DNA from: Amoebophrya sp. A120
Taxonomy: Eukaryota > Protista > Dinoflagellata
Assembly (NCBI GenBank): GCA_905178155.1
Contig: CAJINV010000008.1
Coordinates: 2,108,001 to 2,172,000 of the forward strand
Reading direction: 5' to 3'
Length of the DNA: 64,000 bases
Below are positions 35,801 to 47,600 of the stretch, piece by piece. The position numbers were made by a program, and so were the translations under genes. Each line of letters starts with the position of its first letter. The stretch's first letter is position 1. The notes below the pieces were generated by a model, which was not told where the DNA came from, made no database searches, and was given only the letters and a program-made list of their open reading frames with translations.

Positions 35801-38800
35801 CAGATAAACGTGCGCTTCCCGAAGGACGTAAGGGAGGAGGTGTTCCTGCAGCGCCTTCTACCCAGGAACGCTGTCGGAAGAAGAAGAATACCGGCGGCAG
35901 GAGCCGCGTCGACCAGTGTTGCTGAAGATGGAAGGTGCGGCAGAAGTACAACTGCGTGCAGTGGTGCCACCACAGGAGCAGGCGAACAGAACCGCGCCAC
36001 TAGTTCTGGATTGACGCCTGAAGATGAAGAAGAGCACTTGATTTTGCCGCCCGTGAACGTGTGCGATAAGGCCATGCGTGGGATCCTTGCTGAGAAATTG
36101 TACAATTACGACGACAAGACTCGCGGAATGCAGTCTGCGAACGTGCCGCAGAGTCCTTCCGAACAACAGGAGCAAGCTGCTTCTACTGAGAGAAACTCTG
36201 GTACTGCTCCATTGATGAATCGTGCAGAAAAAGAAACACAGCAGGCGGGTGTAGACACAGCACAGGACCTACTTCCTAACCAGCGTCAAGTTCTTGTGCA
36301 GACGGAAAGAAGTGCAAAAAGTTCGTCTCGCGCGCGGATTTCCATGTTGAAGAACCCAGAGGAGTTCTGGTCCATCTTTGACGAGGTCATGGCCGAGGTC
36401 ATCGCGGAATCCGGGGAAGACAACAACGCACTGCGGACGCAGGGAAAGAAGAAAACGTACCAGCTCCCGGGGTACGTAAAGGAAAAACTCGAGGCGTTTG
36501 AGGAGCGGGAAATGTTGGAGAACGCAGCTTGGGAGGATGAGCTTGAGAAGGAGCGAGTACAGCTGCAGCTTCGGGACGATGTGGTGGGAGGAGACGAGTT
36601 GGAGATGGAGTGCAGTGATGACAAAACGGATCCAGCATGTGCTGCGAGTTCGACGGGAAAAGAGAACGCGCTGCCAGCAGGAAATGGTACTACTGAGTTT
36701 AAAGAAAACCTCCGCGACAGCGTCGAGCGGGATTTCCCTCTTCAGCTGGACGCTGCCACTACAGAAGGGTCGTCCTCTAGGTGTGCGGAAAAGGAGGTTC
36801 TCAAACAACCAACGACCCGTGGTGAGGCGGATTTCACTAATATTTCCGCGGTACAAAAACTACATGAAGACGCGTCTGTGCAGCGGAGGAACGCGCCCCC
36901 GAAGGATCTTCCTCTTTTTTCCCCGTCGTCAGACAAAATGCGGTCCGCGTTTGCCGTAAGACAGAAAACCGCTGTTCTCAGTGCGGAAGAGGAGATGGCA
37001 AAGATCGCTCTGTTGAGGAAAAAACTGCAGGTCTCTTCTTCCGAAGAAGAAACAGTCGACGCGCAGCTTTCAGAAAAGGAAAAGTCAAAGATCCAGAAAA
37101 GCCAACACCAAGTCCTGAGCCGTGCGTTCTTGGCAGACCAAATTCTGAACGCTGTGCGGGAACGGGAAGAAGACGTCGTGTCGGAAGGCGGGAAAATGGA
37201 GGAAGCTCCTGTTCCGGATGATGTTTCTCATCTACCCTCGGGCGGAACTGAAAATGGTGAAGAGGAGGTAGAAGAAGAAGCACAGAAAGACAACTCACCT
37301 GATTACTGTTCTCAAGAAGTAGACGGTCTCGACCACCGCCCTGAAGTCCCTGCTGCCCACTCATATCCTAGTACAACCAGGCCGCAGCAGCAGGAAGATG
37401 TTCCTGCGCAGGAAGATTTAGCCGGAGATGAGAGACGAACTGCATACTCAGACCACGACTCAGCCTGCTCAGAGGACGAGTCGCAGAATATTAAAATGAA
37501 GATCCACAATAAGGTGGTTCTGGATCACGAAGACCCTTTACCGCACGACTTGTTCGCCAGCGGAGACTTGGACAAGAAGAAGAAGAAGGCGTTTTTGACC
37601 AGAATCGACACAAGGTCGTGGTTTGCCGCAAAAATGTATCGAATGCAAAAATGTCTGGGTCTGGAAGAATCATGCTGTTTCTGCATGACACAGAAGGTCT
37701 GGCATGGAAGCTCTAGCGTCACAGGTTTCGAGAAGCTTCCGCAATGCCGAATCCGCATGACAAATCCCCCATTTTGGCGACAGGAAGTGAGCAGCTTTTG
37801 CTGCCTATGCATCAGAGATTTTTGTGTGTTCTGAAATGCGCATCACAAGTTACATCCTTCCAGACCCAGACATTTTTACACTTGATAAAATGGAAGAGGG
37901 TGCGATTCTAACAAAGAAAAAAACTACCAGCGACGTCTTCTGGGAGTGGCAAGAAGAAAATTTGTTGCCCACCAAAACACCTACTTCCAGTCCTGCGAAG
38001 GAACAACAGCAGGAACAATCAGTGAAGTTAAAGGCAGGAGTAGGTGAAGGAAAGAAGGTTCTTGCTCTTGATGCCCCTGCGCAGATGGAACATCAACGAC
38101 GGGAACAAGAAGGACGCGACCAGGAAGCTGCTGTTCATAATTCCGAAGAACTGCACGACGGACAGACGAAGACATTCAACAAGGATTCGATTTTTCTAAC
38201 CAGTTGCGGTTTTTCCGTGGACCATACCGCGTTTATCCAGGGGAACGACAAGCCGAAAAGACGGGTCCGGGAAGCGGACGGGGAAGTGGTGGAGGAAACG
38301 GAGTTCGACACTTTGCGGAAATCTTTCGACGAGCGGCACGCGTACGAAAGCACCTTCAAGCGGTTCCTGAAAAAGCAAAAGGAGCAGCAGGAAAAAATAC
38401 AGAAGGAGGAAGACCGACGGCAGAAGCGACTGATGGAACGAGCGCTCGAGGACGAGCTGCAAGCTCTCGACGAGATGAAGCGGAACTTGCGGAATTTTCT
38501 GGAGTTCCCCGGGATACCGGCAAATCTGCTGGAGGACTGGACGGAGAGGCGGAAAAAAATCTTGCTGTACGGCGGGGCAAAAATTGCCAAGAAGACCAAA
38601 GGTCGCGGGAAGCAAGCAAAAGCGAAAGCAGGCGGGAGCAGCAACTCTTCGAAAGCGAAAGCGGTGCGGGGGAGGAAGGAACAGGACAGGAACGCGCGCA
38701 CGCCTCGCGGCGGCCGCGGAGATGAAGATGACCGCGCGGCGGATGGTAGCATGGAGTTTGAGGAAGACAGTGGGTGGGCGCCGACTGGCGAGCCAAGCGG

Positions 38801-40968
38801 CAGTAGCACAAGCAGAGCAGCAGATGCTTCTTTTACGGAGGGGCAAGAAGGAGAGGCCGGTGTGAGGACAGAAACAAGTGTGAAGAAACGAGGAAGGGTA
38901 AAGAAGAAAGCAAGCAAGGGACAATTTGTGCCTGTAGCAGCAGAAGGAGTTGCGCAGGACGAAGCCTCGGACTTGGAAGATGCGGCGGAACAAGCTGAAC
39001 GTGTAGCGGTGAAAGCAGTTGATCTCCAACTTCCTGATGGGCATCAAGCCACTTTCGTTCCGCCTGTAGATGATAATCGACAATCGCGACCCAACGAGTC
39101 ACCACTGCAGCTTGAGGTCGCACCAAAGGCAGTACGGTTTTCCGAGAGGGTCGTGTCTAATGTAGATACGACCACTACTTCTGCGATAGCGATAGTTTCT
39201 ATCGCAGCCGCAGCAAATGAAGATGCAGCAGATCATACAAAACTGCTGCCCGCTGAGATACCGCAACTGCGCGCTGCAACCGGAGGTGAAATAAAAACCG
39301 TCCTAGATGTTACTAGATCTCCCACCGCTAGTACTGACGAGTTTTTGCCGGCGCCGGCGCGCGACAAATTTGGCAGGGTCACTGAGTCCTCCGTCGACCC
39401 TGACCAGGGTGATGCAGAAGATTCTCTCCCCATGAAGGAGCCGGCAGACTCCCAGATCGTGGACAACTGGAAGACGGTTTTTTTGTCACTGAAAAACCGG
39501 TTCATCTCCAGCCAGACCGACGAACAGCAAGGCACGGAAACCATCTTGTCCACGTTTCTGCAGAACGACGCAAATGTGGCGAAAGTGATCCGCAAATTGA
39601 CGCCGAACCCCTACTAACCATTGCAAAACTTCTTGTTGTACTATCGTCCTCGTATGGAGGCTATGGATATGTACGAAACTTGCAGTCTTGGATGGCAGAT
39701 CTCCTGTTTCGTGGTCTGAAACTGCATCACATCAAGCGTCGTTGTTTCTTTTGAGCAAATTTGTCATGCGCGTTATACTAGGCCTAGGGCGAAGATAGCC
39801 ACAACACTTTTGCAATGCATGCCTGCCAGCAACACGGAACGGTGAACAGCATTATGGGGTGGCGTGGGAAGGAGCGCATCGACGCGATCAGCGAGGACTG
39901 CGAAGAGACTATCCCAGGCGGCAAAACCTCCTCACCAGTTCTCAAATGTCGAGTAGTTTTCGTGAAGATTTATTGTTGAGTTCACTGAATAGTACTTCTC
40001 CACAAATAATCACGAGGCAGCTGCCTTGTGATCTGAGCCTTCTGTTCATAGTGTAGTCGCAAGCAGTCCGTAAAAATCAAAATCAATATGCCTGGAAGAT
40101 CGCAGGGCCATGATTTCTCCTCCTTCTGCCGACTAGACAGGATGAGGACAAAAATTCTACCTCCGTGAGAAGGAACTGCCTACGGTCCAGTAAGTAATTT
40201 GTTGGGAAAGGGTATGGATGTTCGTGCAATTTGCATGGCTAAGGCTAGAAGCGACTGGGGAGATGGTTTTTACGCAGGATAGACAAACTGAACGACTTGG
40301 AGAAGTTGAAGAAAAAATTGGACTTAAAGTTCGTTGCGAAAGTCGATAACAACTACCTGCAATTTATTCACTGCAATGATGTCATCGGGAGTTCACGGCA
40401 GACTTGAAAAAGAGTTGTCAAGTTTGCAGTTGTGCTGGCCTAGCGAGGTTCCGAAGTCTCTACTCCACTCCACGAATGGGGAGCGTGAAAGCCTTTGCCT
40501 TAATAGATGCAGATTGGGTTTGTCTTCCACAGGCACGTTAGACATCATGGGATAAAGCTTCAGAAGCTTCTACATGTGCATGGTTATGCGTGCCTGTACT
40601 TCTTCTCCTGGATTCTCTTTGCCCTTCACGCATTATTTTCCAGACGGCCCAGATGACAAGATTTGCAGTTGATACCGTTCTTGCAGCAGCAAAAGGAGAA
40701 AATGCAAAAAAAGGAACAGGAAAAGAAGTCCGCGACCGCAAAAGCTGCAGCAGCAAATAGTCGGGAGAGCGGACCACGGCCTAGCGCAAATTCGTCAGAG
40801 GTTGGAGGCGTCGCGGTGGTGAAAGGGGAGCGGAAGAAGGAGCAGCCGTTGGCGACCCACCCGGCGGCGATAGACGAGGTGATTCGACGCGCGTTGCGGA
40901 GACGCGATAGGCGGCGAGAGAAAGTAAGGGATATGAAAAATTCTTCCGACGAGGAGAATTCGTCGTAA
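32895..40968 (+). CDS. Very large charged/coiled-coil protein of unknown function; exons 32895-33180, 33597-37636, 37893-39614, 39827-..., final exon ending ~40968 (3' exons tentative)
   Basis: ORFs 32895, 33617 and 37824 fuse in frame after removing introners (QEMA|VLAATERMRK; AAKM|EEGAIL; NPY|QQHGTV). Confidence 0.7.
33181..33596 (+). mobile_element. Introner, family TATCAAATGCAAAAATGTCTGGGTCTGG
   Basis: IR with ..GACCCAGACCACATGTTTGCATTTTATA; DR GGCAG; 416 nt corrects the frame. Confidence 0.88.
37637..37892 (+). mobile_element. Introner, same family as 33181 and 50227
   Basis: TATCGAATGCAAAAATGTCTGGGTCTGGAAG / CTTCCAGACCCAGACATTTTTACACTTGATA; DR AAATG; 256 nt corrects the frame. Confidence 0.92.
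39615..39826 (+). other. Degenerate IR intron
   Basis: IR CATTGCAAAA/TTTTGCAATG; DR CCTAC/CCTGC; contains the apparent stop of ORF 37824. Confidence 0.6.
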
Positions 40969-41659
40969 AAATTGCAAACGAAGGGCCACGGCGCAAGCGA
41001 GTATAAGTAGTTGGTGGTCCTCTCCATTTCAACAATTTGCGATAAAATAGTAAGTTCTACAGCGCAACCAGCACGCTATGAATTTTACGAAAAAGGGAGA
41101 CTGGTGATCGCTGCTGCTGTCGGCTACACAGGTACCACACGAGACAGGTGTGTTTGAGGCCGCTGGTCGGTAATTTTTTCTGCTGTTCTCACTCAACAGT
41201 CACTGTCACAAGTGTATTCTTGAATGCAGCAAAATTTTCGCCCGTCCTCGTACCTACTGTACAACTACATCCAATAATTTCGTTTCAATCTTCGTCAAGA
41301 TTTCACTCGTTGAAACGCGATCGAAAATTATCGTTCGTCTGAGACGATGTCGGCACCGAAGCTTCGTTCAAATGTTTCGTCGTTTCAGTCGCATTCGATT
41401 TGCCTACTTTTCTGCAGCTTTGTTCTCTCGCAAATCCTGTGCCGCTTCAGTTCTATCTTGGCACGAACTTGCCCCGAAAACAACCGCGGATATTATCGTT
41501 ATTGCTCTCCTCCGATTGTGGGCCTGCCTGCGGCAGAGCAATAAGGAAGAAAGTCCATTTGCTGCCTTTGTTTGCAGCGTAAAATCAAGTAATCTAATGT
41601 CGACGTTGATGCCCCAGTTTCTGTGTCCTCGGCAAAGTTTGATTTAACAAGCAAGAATT

Positions 41660-42411
41660 ATGGCCCCCGGGGTCGGTGCGTTTGCGGACCCGCTGTACTT
41701 GAGCAACATCCAGAGCCCGGAAAACCCCATGCTAACGATGCTCATGGAGAACGTGAAAAACAACATGCAGAAGGTGAATTTAGCAGCGCTGGACGCGGAG
41801 AAGCAGGCATTTCACGTGACCAACCTGCTCGGACTGGTAAAGTGGAAAACGGATCTGCTGAAAATACGCATTGCAAAACTATCCCGCTAGTGTAAAATGC
41901 AACAGAGATTTTTCAAAAGGAAAAGTGGAACTTTTCATGCAGAAGCAAATCAAAATTCAGGATCCGGTATGGACACTGTACCTGTCATGGATTCTTGCTG
42001 CACTTTGTACGAGTTGTTCGATGCTTTTGCACAGCATAGAAAAAGGCGTACAGCGACACCAATCCGAACAACGTGAAACAGGGTGGCGTCGGGGTAGCAC
42101 TAGGCGTCGCAGTTTCAACGTTGATGTTGGAGAAGGAAAAAGGCGTGAAGACAGCAGATAAGGAGGAGGACAATAAAATTCTGCGCGAAGACGAGAAAAG
42201 GTCTGTTGACAAGAATAAAAGCGGAAACATGTCGCATGAATTGAGGTCGTCAACTTGTCAGGCAAGTCGAATATGCAAACTACTGCCATTTGCGATGGTG
42301 GTAGCAGAGCACGAAACAAGCAAGAATCATGAGTGTCAACTCGCTTTTGGATACGATGTTGCTGCTGGCAGATGTACAAGGTCAAGGACGACCGCAATGG
42401 ATTTTTTTTGA
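41660..42411 (+). CDS. Short multi-exon gene, unknown product
   Basis: Coding-like exon 41660-~41865 (MAPGVGAFADPLYLSN..); probable junction at AAAATAC/AAAATTC; downstream exon structure uncertain. Confidence 0.4.
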
Positions 42412-42520
42412 ACCTCCAGTGAATGACAATGTTGAGAAGCAGCACAAATAGGATGCTGATGCTTGGGCTCCGCAGCTTAAAAGTCCCAGGTTCTTGGACA
42501 GTTCGAAGTGACAAGGCGGC

Positions 42521-44463
42521 GGAAGTGCCTTCTTGAGTTCCACGAGGCTTTCAATCACAATATCGAACACAGTTCTTCAGGACGCGCAAACTTGTATACT
42601 TCTTAGATCTGCGCGCAAGCTTTACTTCCAACCCCTGCAAAGCCTAATTTTGTCAGAAATGTCTCTTGTTTTTCATTTCTTGAAGGGTGGTCTTTTTCGG
42701 GAACTCCACCGGAAACAAATCACTCGTACTGCAGGTACAAATTCAAAACTAGTGCATTCTCTCAAAACTTAAATCTTGCATTGCCCTCCTTGTGACCTCA
42801 GAAACGATTGTACACGAGATATATTTTCTAAAGTTCGAAACTGTATGGCACGACGAAAACGATATGTGTTGGACTAGGTTCAGAGTGGCGGTAGAAGCAA
42901 TTTGTATTAGAACGAGGGCACATCACGACTTCTAGTTCTAAATCTACATCTATCTACTCCTGACCCCCTCTCACCCCACCTTCTGCTGTTCGCATCGTGT
43001 CCTCGCTCAACGACCCAAAGAAATTCCCGTAACAAACCCAGAACAAACAAATCACTTCACGGTCCTGGAAGTATCCCCTCCTACCGCGGTTAATGTGTCT
43101 ACAAATCCCTCCGAAATCCCACACATCCACAACGCGCGCCGGATCAGCTGCCCGGAGTACTGAACGTCAAGGAATTTCTGCACAAGTTGTAGTACTAGTA
43201 GTGGACCAAATTTGTCACTTGCCGCCTGGCAAGTGTTTCTCTGCATGCGTTTCAGGAAGCCCACAAGCGTGCCGAGCTTCTGCTGTCTCGTTAAATATGA
43301 TAGTCCATGCGCAATGCACTTTGGTGCGTTCGGGTATGTGTATACCTGCGTCCTTCCTTGGTCCAGTGCGAAGTATACTACTTGTCCGATGAATTCTACG
43401 AATTGCTCTGTATACTACTTGTCCGAATTACTCTCTTACCTGGAAGTGCCTTCTTGAGTTCCACGAGGCTTTCAATCACAATATTGGCAATGGGAGACTT
43501 CGACAGCCATATAGATTCGGAATAGATTCCAAATAGATTTGAAATAGATGGCTTCTGTTTTCCGAAACAGCGTCTGCAGTTCTGCAGCACGCGATCGAAC
43601 GGAGAATAAAAACAGTCACCGAAGTCGCGAGCTGGGCGAAAAATGAGAACAATTCTGACCAAAATTTCCCGGGCCGATGAGAAGTGGCCACAAGGTGCCT
43701 GCCCTAGCCCGAGAAAGTGGCCAGGTGAGGGGGGTAATCTTGTAGCGCAAGCGCCGCGCTATGCTTTTAGTTAGGCCTAGACTCTCGGACCAAGTAAGAG
43801 CATACCCTGGCGCCTGGGAAAAAGGTTGCTCTGGCCCGCAAAAGTTGGCACAGGCGCCACGGCATTCTTTTGCCGGGGCTGCCAGGTTTTAAGGCCAGGC
43901 ACTGTCACAGTGGTGCGCTTGTGATGCGAAATTCTCCTGGCCCGAGAAAGTGGCCAGACCGATGATGGGGGAGCGTGGTGTTTCTGATGCGAAAACGTTC
44001 TGGCCCGAGAAAGTGGCCAGATAAGGGGGGGTGATCTTGAAGTACAAGCAGCACGCTGTGCTCTTACCTGGGCCTCCAGACTTTGAGGCCAGGTAAGAGC
44101 ATAGCATTGCGATTGGAAGGAAAAAAGACCGCATCGGCCCAAAAAAAGTTGGCCCAAACACCACGGCACTCTCTTACCTGGCCTGGCAAATTTTTGGGCC
44201 AGGTAAGAGAGCAGCGCGGTGTTTGGGATGCGAAAGCGTCCTGGCCTGAGGAGGTGGCCAGGAGAAAGAGACACTTTTTTTAGCACAATCGCCATGCTGT
44301 GCTCTTACCTGGGCCTCCAGACTTTGAGGCCAGGTAAGAGCATAGCATTGCGATTGGAAGGAAAAAAGACCGCATCGGCCCAAAAAAAGTTGGCCCAAAC
44401 ACCACGGCACTCTCTTACCTGGAAGTGCCTTCTCGAGTTCCACGAGGCTTTCAATCACAATAT
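42521..44463. repeat. Three dispersed copies of a 43-bp segment plus a hairpin-rich duplicated block
   Basis: GGAAGTGCCTTCTYGAGTTCCACGAGGCTTTCAATCACAATAT at 42521, 43442, 44421; ~127-bp duplication 44055-44182/44296-44422 with CTCTTACCTGG..CCAGGTAAGAG hairpins. Confidence 0.85.
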
Positions 44464-44634
44464 GTTTTGAGTTGATTTAGTTTTTTTTGTCCTCTTGATC
44501 AGAGAGTTGGTACGCAGTGGCACAAGAGGAGATCGAGCTGCTGTGTGATTTTTTCAGAAGACTCATGCGATCCCTCTATAAAAAAACGCCCGCAACAAAC
44601 ATTGTAGAAGATCGCGACCCACGATCAGAAGTTT

Positions 44635-47600
44635 ATGAGTCTGTTGGCACTCATTATGTCCTTACTGTCTAGATTGGTAGCTCTTTATCACGAAGGATCT
44701 TTCACTTGGTATCCTCGACGATCTGTGCAATTTTTTTCGATCTTTTTTTTAAGCCTCGGTAGAAGTAAGTCCCATTTTACAGCATCACGAAGATTGTTCT
44801 TTCTTCATCGACTTCGTCAAGTTCGTTCGCCGCACGAAAGCATCGGGGGGAAGACTTCGTCGCTCCCTGTATTGGTCCTTTTCAGCATTCTTGTGTTTCT
44901 TCTTGTTTCTTCTTGTTGGTCTCCTCCACCCGCCTTTCACACTGCCGCAGCTGCTGTGCCCTTTCTCGAGGAACTTTTGGTCGACGAGGAATTCCGTGCG
45001 TTTCAAGATGACGAGATCACCTATATCCCGTGTAAAAACATCCCCACCCCCAGAGTTGTCATGCAATTCTGCATGCCGAAAAAGTTTCTCATGCGGAGCC
45101 CTATGAGAAGCATTATCTAGTCGTGTTTTGGCATTTGCGATGCTAGAATCAGCATGGTGCGCTAGATCTGTGATGCTTCTGAACTAGCTAAACAGGACTA
45201 CGCTACGAGGACAGACTTGTCATGCCAAACAACGAAAGCTGGCTGATTTGTCTAGCAGATTTCCCATCTTGACTCTGGTCTGGGGGCGTTTTTAATCAGG
45301 ATAACCTACAGGCGCGAGATAAAACTTTCGGACGTCCTCGCCGCACCCGACCCGCAGTCGCTGCCCAAGCGCCTGCTTCCGCACGCAACCACCTTCGGCG
45401 AAGATGTGAGAACGCGAGAAGAGCCGTTTCTGCAGCTTGCTTCGGAGGAGAGAAACCGGCTGGAAGATCATGATTTTTCCAACGGAGGCACAAAACCTTT
45501 CTCCCCGGAGGAGGGGCACCTTGCTGCAACTAAAGGACCTCCAGCAGCTTCTGTGCTGATTACCACGCTGGCGGATGATCCCAAAAAGGTAAAAAGCACA
45601 TCTACACGCACCAGCACGACCCGACCGACCGCTCCAATAGGCGGACCAGAACATGATGACCCGGCAAATGAGCATAGTCCCTCGGCCGCCGTGTGCCCCG
45701 CACTATCCCAGCAGGAGAAGCGAGCACTCTGTCGGGAATACGCCTTCTTGCTGTTCGGCGGCTTGGCAAAGAAGAAGGGCAAAACGTCCATGGCGTTTCA
45801 GAAGAACGAGGACGGCGGCGGCATCGTCGAGGGAGCCGACGCTGAGGGATTCGTGGATGCCGCGCTCGCGCGGAACGCCTACGAACTGCACGTCTTCCGC
45901 GCCAACCAAGGGCGCGATCGGTACCCTGCGTAAAAACGTGCCCACAACTTGAGACTTGTCATGCATACTATGTATTTGTAAGTGCTTGCTGTACTGCTCA
46001 AATTATGTTTCTCAATCTCATGCGCGGCCCCAACATAAGACGCCCAGCACTTAAATGCTGTTTCGGAGTTTGTTCTGTTGCTAGAAGTGGGATAAGATGG
46101 AGGTCGATCTAATATGATGCGCCAACACTAGCTACACACAAGCACACTTATTGTGCTGACCCAAGCGCAACAACTACAAGTACAACTTCCCTGTTGGTTT
46201 GGCGAGCGAAGTCGGCATCTTCCTTCTGCTGTGGGTACTACGTTTTTACGCAGGATAACCGGTTCGATGTTTTCATCCACAACTGGGCCCTGGCCGCCCG
46301 CGAGAAGCTGCGCCGCCTGTACAAGCCCGTCGCCAGTGTGTTCGAGCAGAACGCGAACCGGAAAATCGAAATCACGCGTCGCATCTGGCCGTACGGGCAG
46401 CGGAAGTGCTACAAGGGCGACTACTTCTGCATCCTTGCCCAGGTGTCCATGAGTCTGTCCGTGCGGGAAGTGGTGAACTTGATGCTGGTGTACGAGGCGA
46501 GAATGCAGCCGTTGCGGCGCAACTGTGGCTGCAAATCCGACAGGTACGAGTACGTCATGGTGACGCGGGCCGACATGCTCAAGTACCAGATGAACCTGAT
46601 CTTCCCGAACACCTACCCCACCAGCCTCGTCAGCTCGGTGTCTCACACCGGCGACCACCACTGGGTGTTACCCGGGAGCGGCTACGCGGCGCGGCTGCGC
46701 AGCGCCTTTGACTACAGGTGGCAGGTGCTGCACGGGCGGGATTTTGACGAGGACAAGTTCTTCAGCTTCTGGCACCGCGGCAAGTTGCTCAGGAACATCG
46801 AGCAGCTGCGGGCGTACAGCGAAAACAGCGAGAAAATGGTCGAAGAGTGGAGGGTGGAAGACGACGCGGATTTCCGTCGCATGTTTGACAAGATGGACGC
46901 GGAAGAGCTCGCAAGAAAGAAAAGAGTCTGGAACGCCTTGATTGTTCCCGACCGCAAAACCGCGCAGGGCTTTCAGCTCCTGGGCGAGTCAGACCGGTGG
47001 GTCCAGAGCCACCAGGTATCCAAGTGCATCACTCGGCGACGTGGTCCTTCTTCTGAACATTTGTCCGGGTCGTGGTCGTGTTTGCAAAATACTGTAGAAG
47101 TCGTGCTGCTCCTGCGCGAGTTTTTATCAACCCTCATCTATGTCTACCGCGACTGAGTGTGCATGACAAGAAGCTATCTTTGAAAGGTTCCACAAAAGGA
47201 GCATGGATGTGTGTTTGTACTTACTATCGCAGAAGGTGCTGCTACTTTTTGGTTTTCGTTTTCATCAGTACGTGCTGATCTTCACTTATCTGCTTCTTGT
47301 TTTCATTTCAACGCGGCCATTGATCATACGCTGACGCTGATCGCAAATGGGGGGGAGGAGGAACAAAAACAGTCGCACTCTGATACCAGGAAGACGCGGC
47401 GCATAGCACGATCGTGACGCAGGAAAGTCTGAAGCTTTTCGAGTCCACGCAGTATTTTCACAACCTCAAGTCCCGGTTTCGGCCGATCTTGTTGCCCGGT
47501 GTGGACAAGAAAAACCTGATCTGGCATATAACCCGCTCAGGTGTTACAATCTCAAACGTTACAATAAAACATGGAAATCTGTGATGCAAGAGTGCATGAT

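Noticed and set aside
42521-44463. Dinoflagellate spliced-leader RNA genes
   Set aside because: Neither strand matches the known DCCGTAGCCATTTTGGCTCAAG leader
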